Made by a program: the position numbers and the translations under genes | Origin: a virus | DNA length: 64,000 nt | Direction: 5' to 3' (one strand) | IMG/VR virus record: IMGVR_UViG_3300003890_000014 | Span: 48,814-112,813 of that record | The notes under the pieces: model-generated | Told to the model about the DNA's origin: nothing | Database searches by the model: none | What the model saw: only the letters and a program-made list of their open reading frames with translations | Part shown: positions 63,918 to 64,000 of the stretch, piece after piece | Layout: each line of letters begins with the position of its first letter | Position numbering within the stretch: position 1 is the first letter of the stretch

Positions 63918-64000
63918 TTGAGGAAACCAAAACTTCAGCCGAATGGAAAAAAACTCTAGAATTTCGAGATGTGGACATTATTGACCCTGATGGATGGGAT
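63914..64000 (+). CDS. Hypothetical phage protein, truncated by window edge
   Basis: MIEETKTSAEW...IIDPDGWD; SD GGAG. Confidence 0.6.
   Translation, partial: MIEETKTSAEWKKTLEFRDVDIIDPDGWD

Noticed and set aside
1-64000. CRISPR array, tRNA/rRNA genes, introns or inteins
   Set aside because: No regularly spaced repeats, cloverleafs or split/oversized conserved enzymes seen (nrdJ, thyX and capsid are contiguous); not confirmed computationally.
1-64000. Stop-codon reassignment
   Set aside because: Genes are full length and tightly packed under the standard code, and TAA, TAG and TGA all terminate genes.

Overview
A 64 kb segment of a large, AT-rich, contractile-tailed (myovirus-type) dsDNA phage; no cellular housekeeping context is visible. 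The minus strand (1-45.4 kb) is one long virion operon with SPO1/Twort-like gene order. It runs prohead protease, scaffold, major capsid, accessory virion proteins, lysis genes, neck, sheath, tube, chaperones, tape measure, hub, spike, wedge proteins and tail fibres, the last of which runs off the left edge. Three free-standing HNH endonucleases and one collapsed HNH relic interrupt it. Portal and terminase are not in the window. A divergent, palindrome-rich control region at ~45.46-45.84 kb marks the strand switch. The plus strand (45.8-64 kb) carries early/middle genes from sigma70-type promoters: class II RNR, dUTPase, ThyX, a tyrosine recombinase and a DEDD exonuclease. It also carries an unusual set of host-manipulation genes: IlvE-like aminotransferase, GGDEF diguanylate cyclase, CxxCH cytochrome c, cysteine-free IscR-like Rrf2 regulator, PagL-like lipid A deacylase, collagen-like lipoprotein, peptide deformylase, secreted trypsin-like protease and a decayed (p)ppGpp-hydrolase-like HD gene. 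PagL and the lipoproteins imply a diderm (Gram-negative) host. The main observations missing from the ORF track are: (i) an HNH relic fused to a synonymously recoded duplicate of the upstream gene's 3' end; (ii) a GAC-N3-GTC palindrome over the -35 of four promoters; (iii) several leaderless transcripts; (iv) candidate small RNAs; (v) two frameshifted genes and one pseudogene. All family assignments are from motif recognition by eye; no database search was run.
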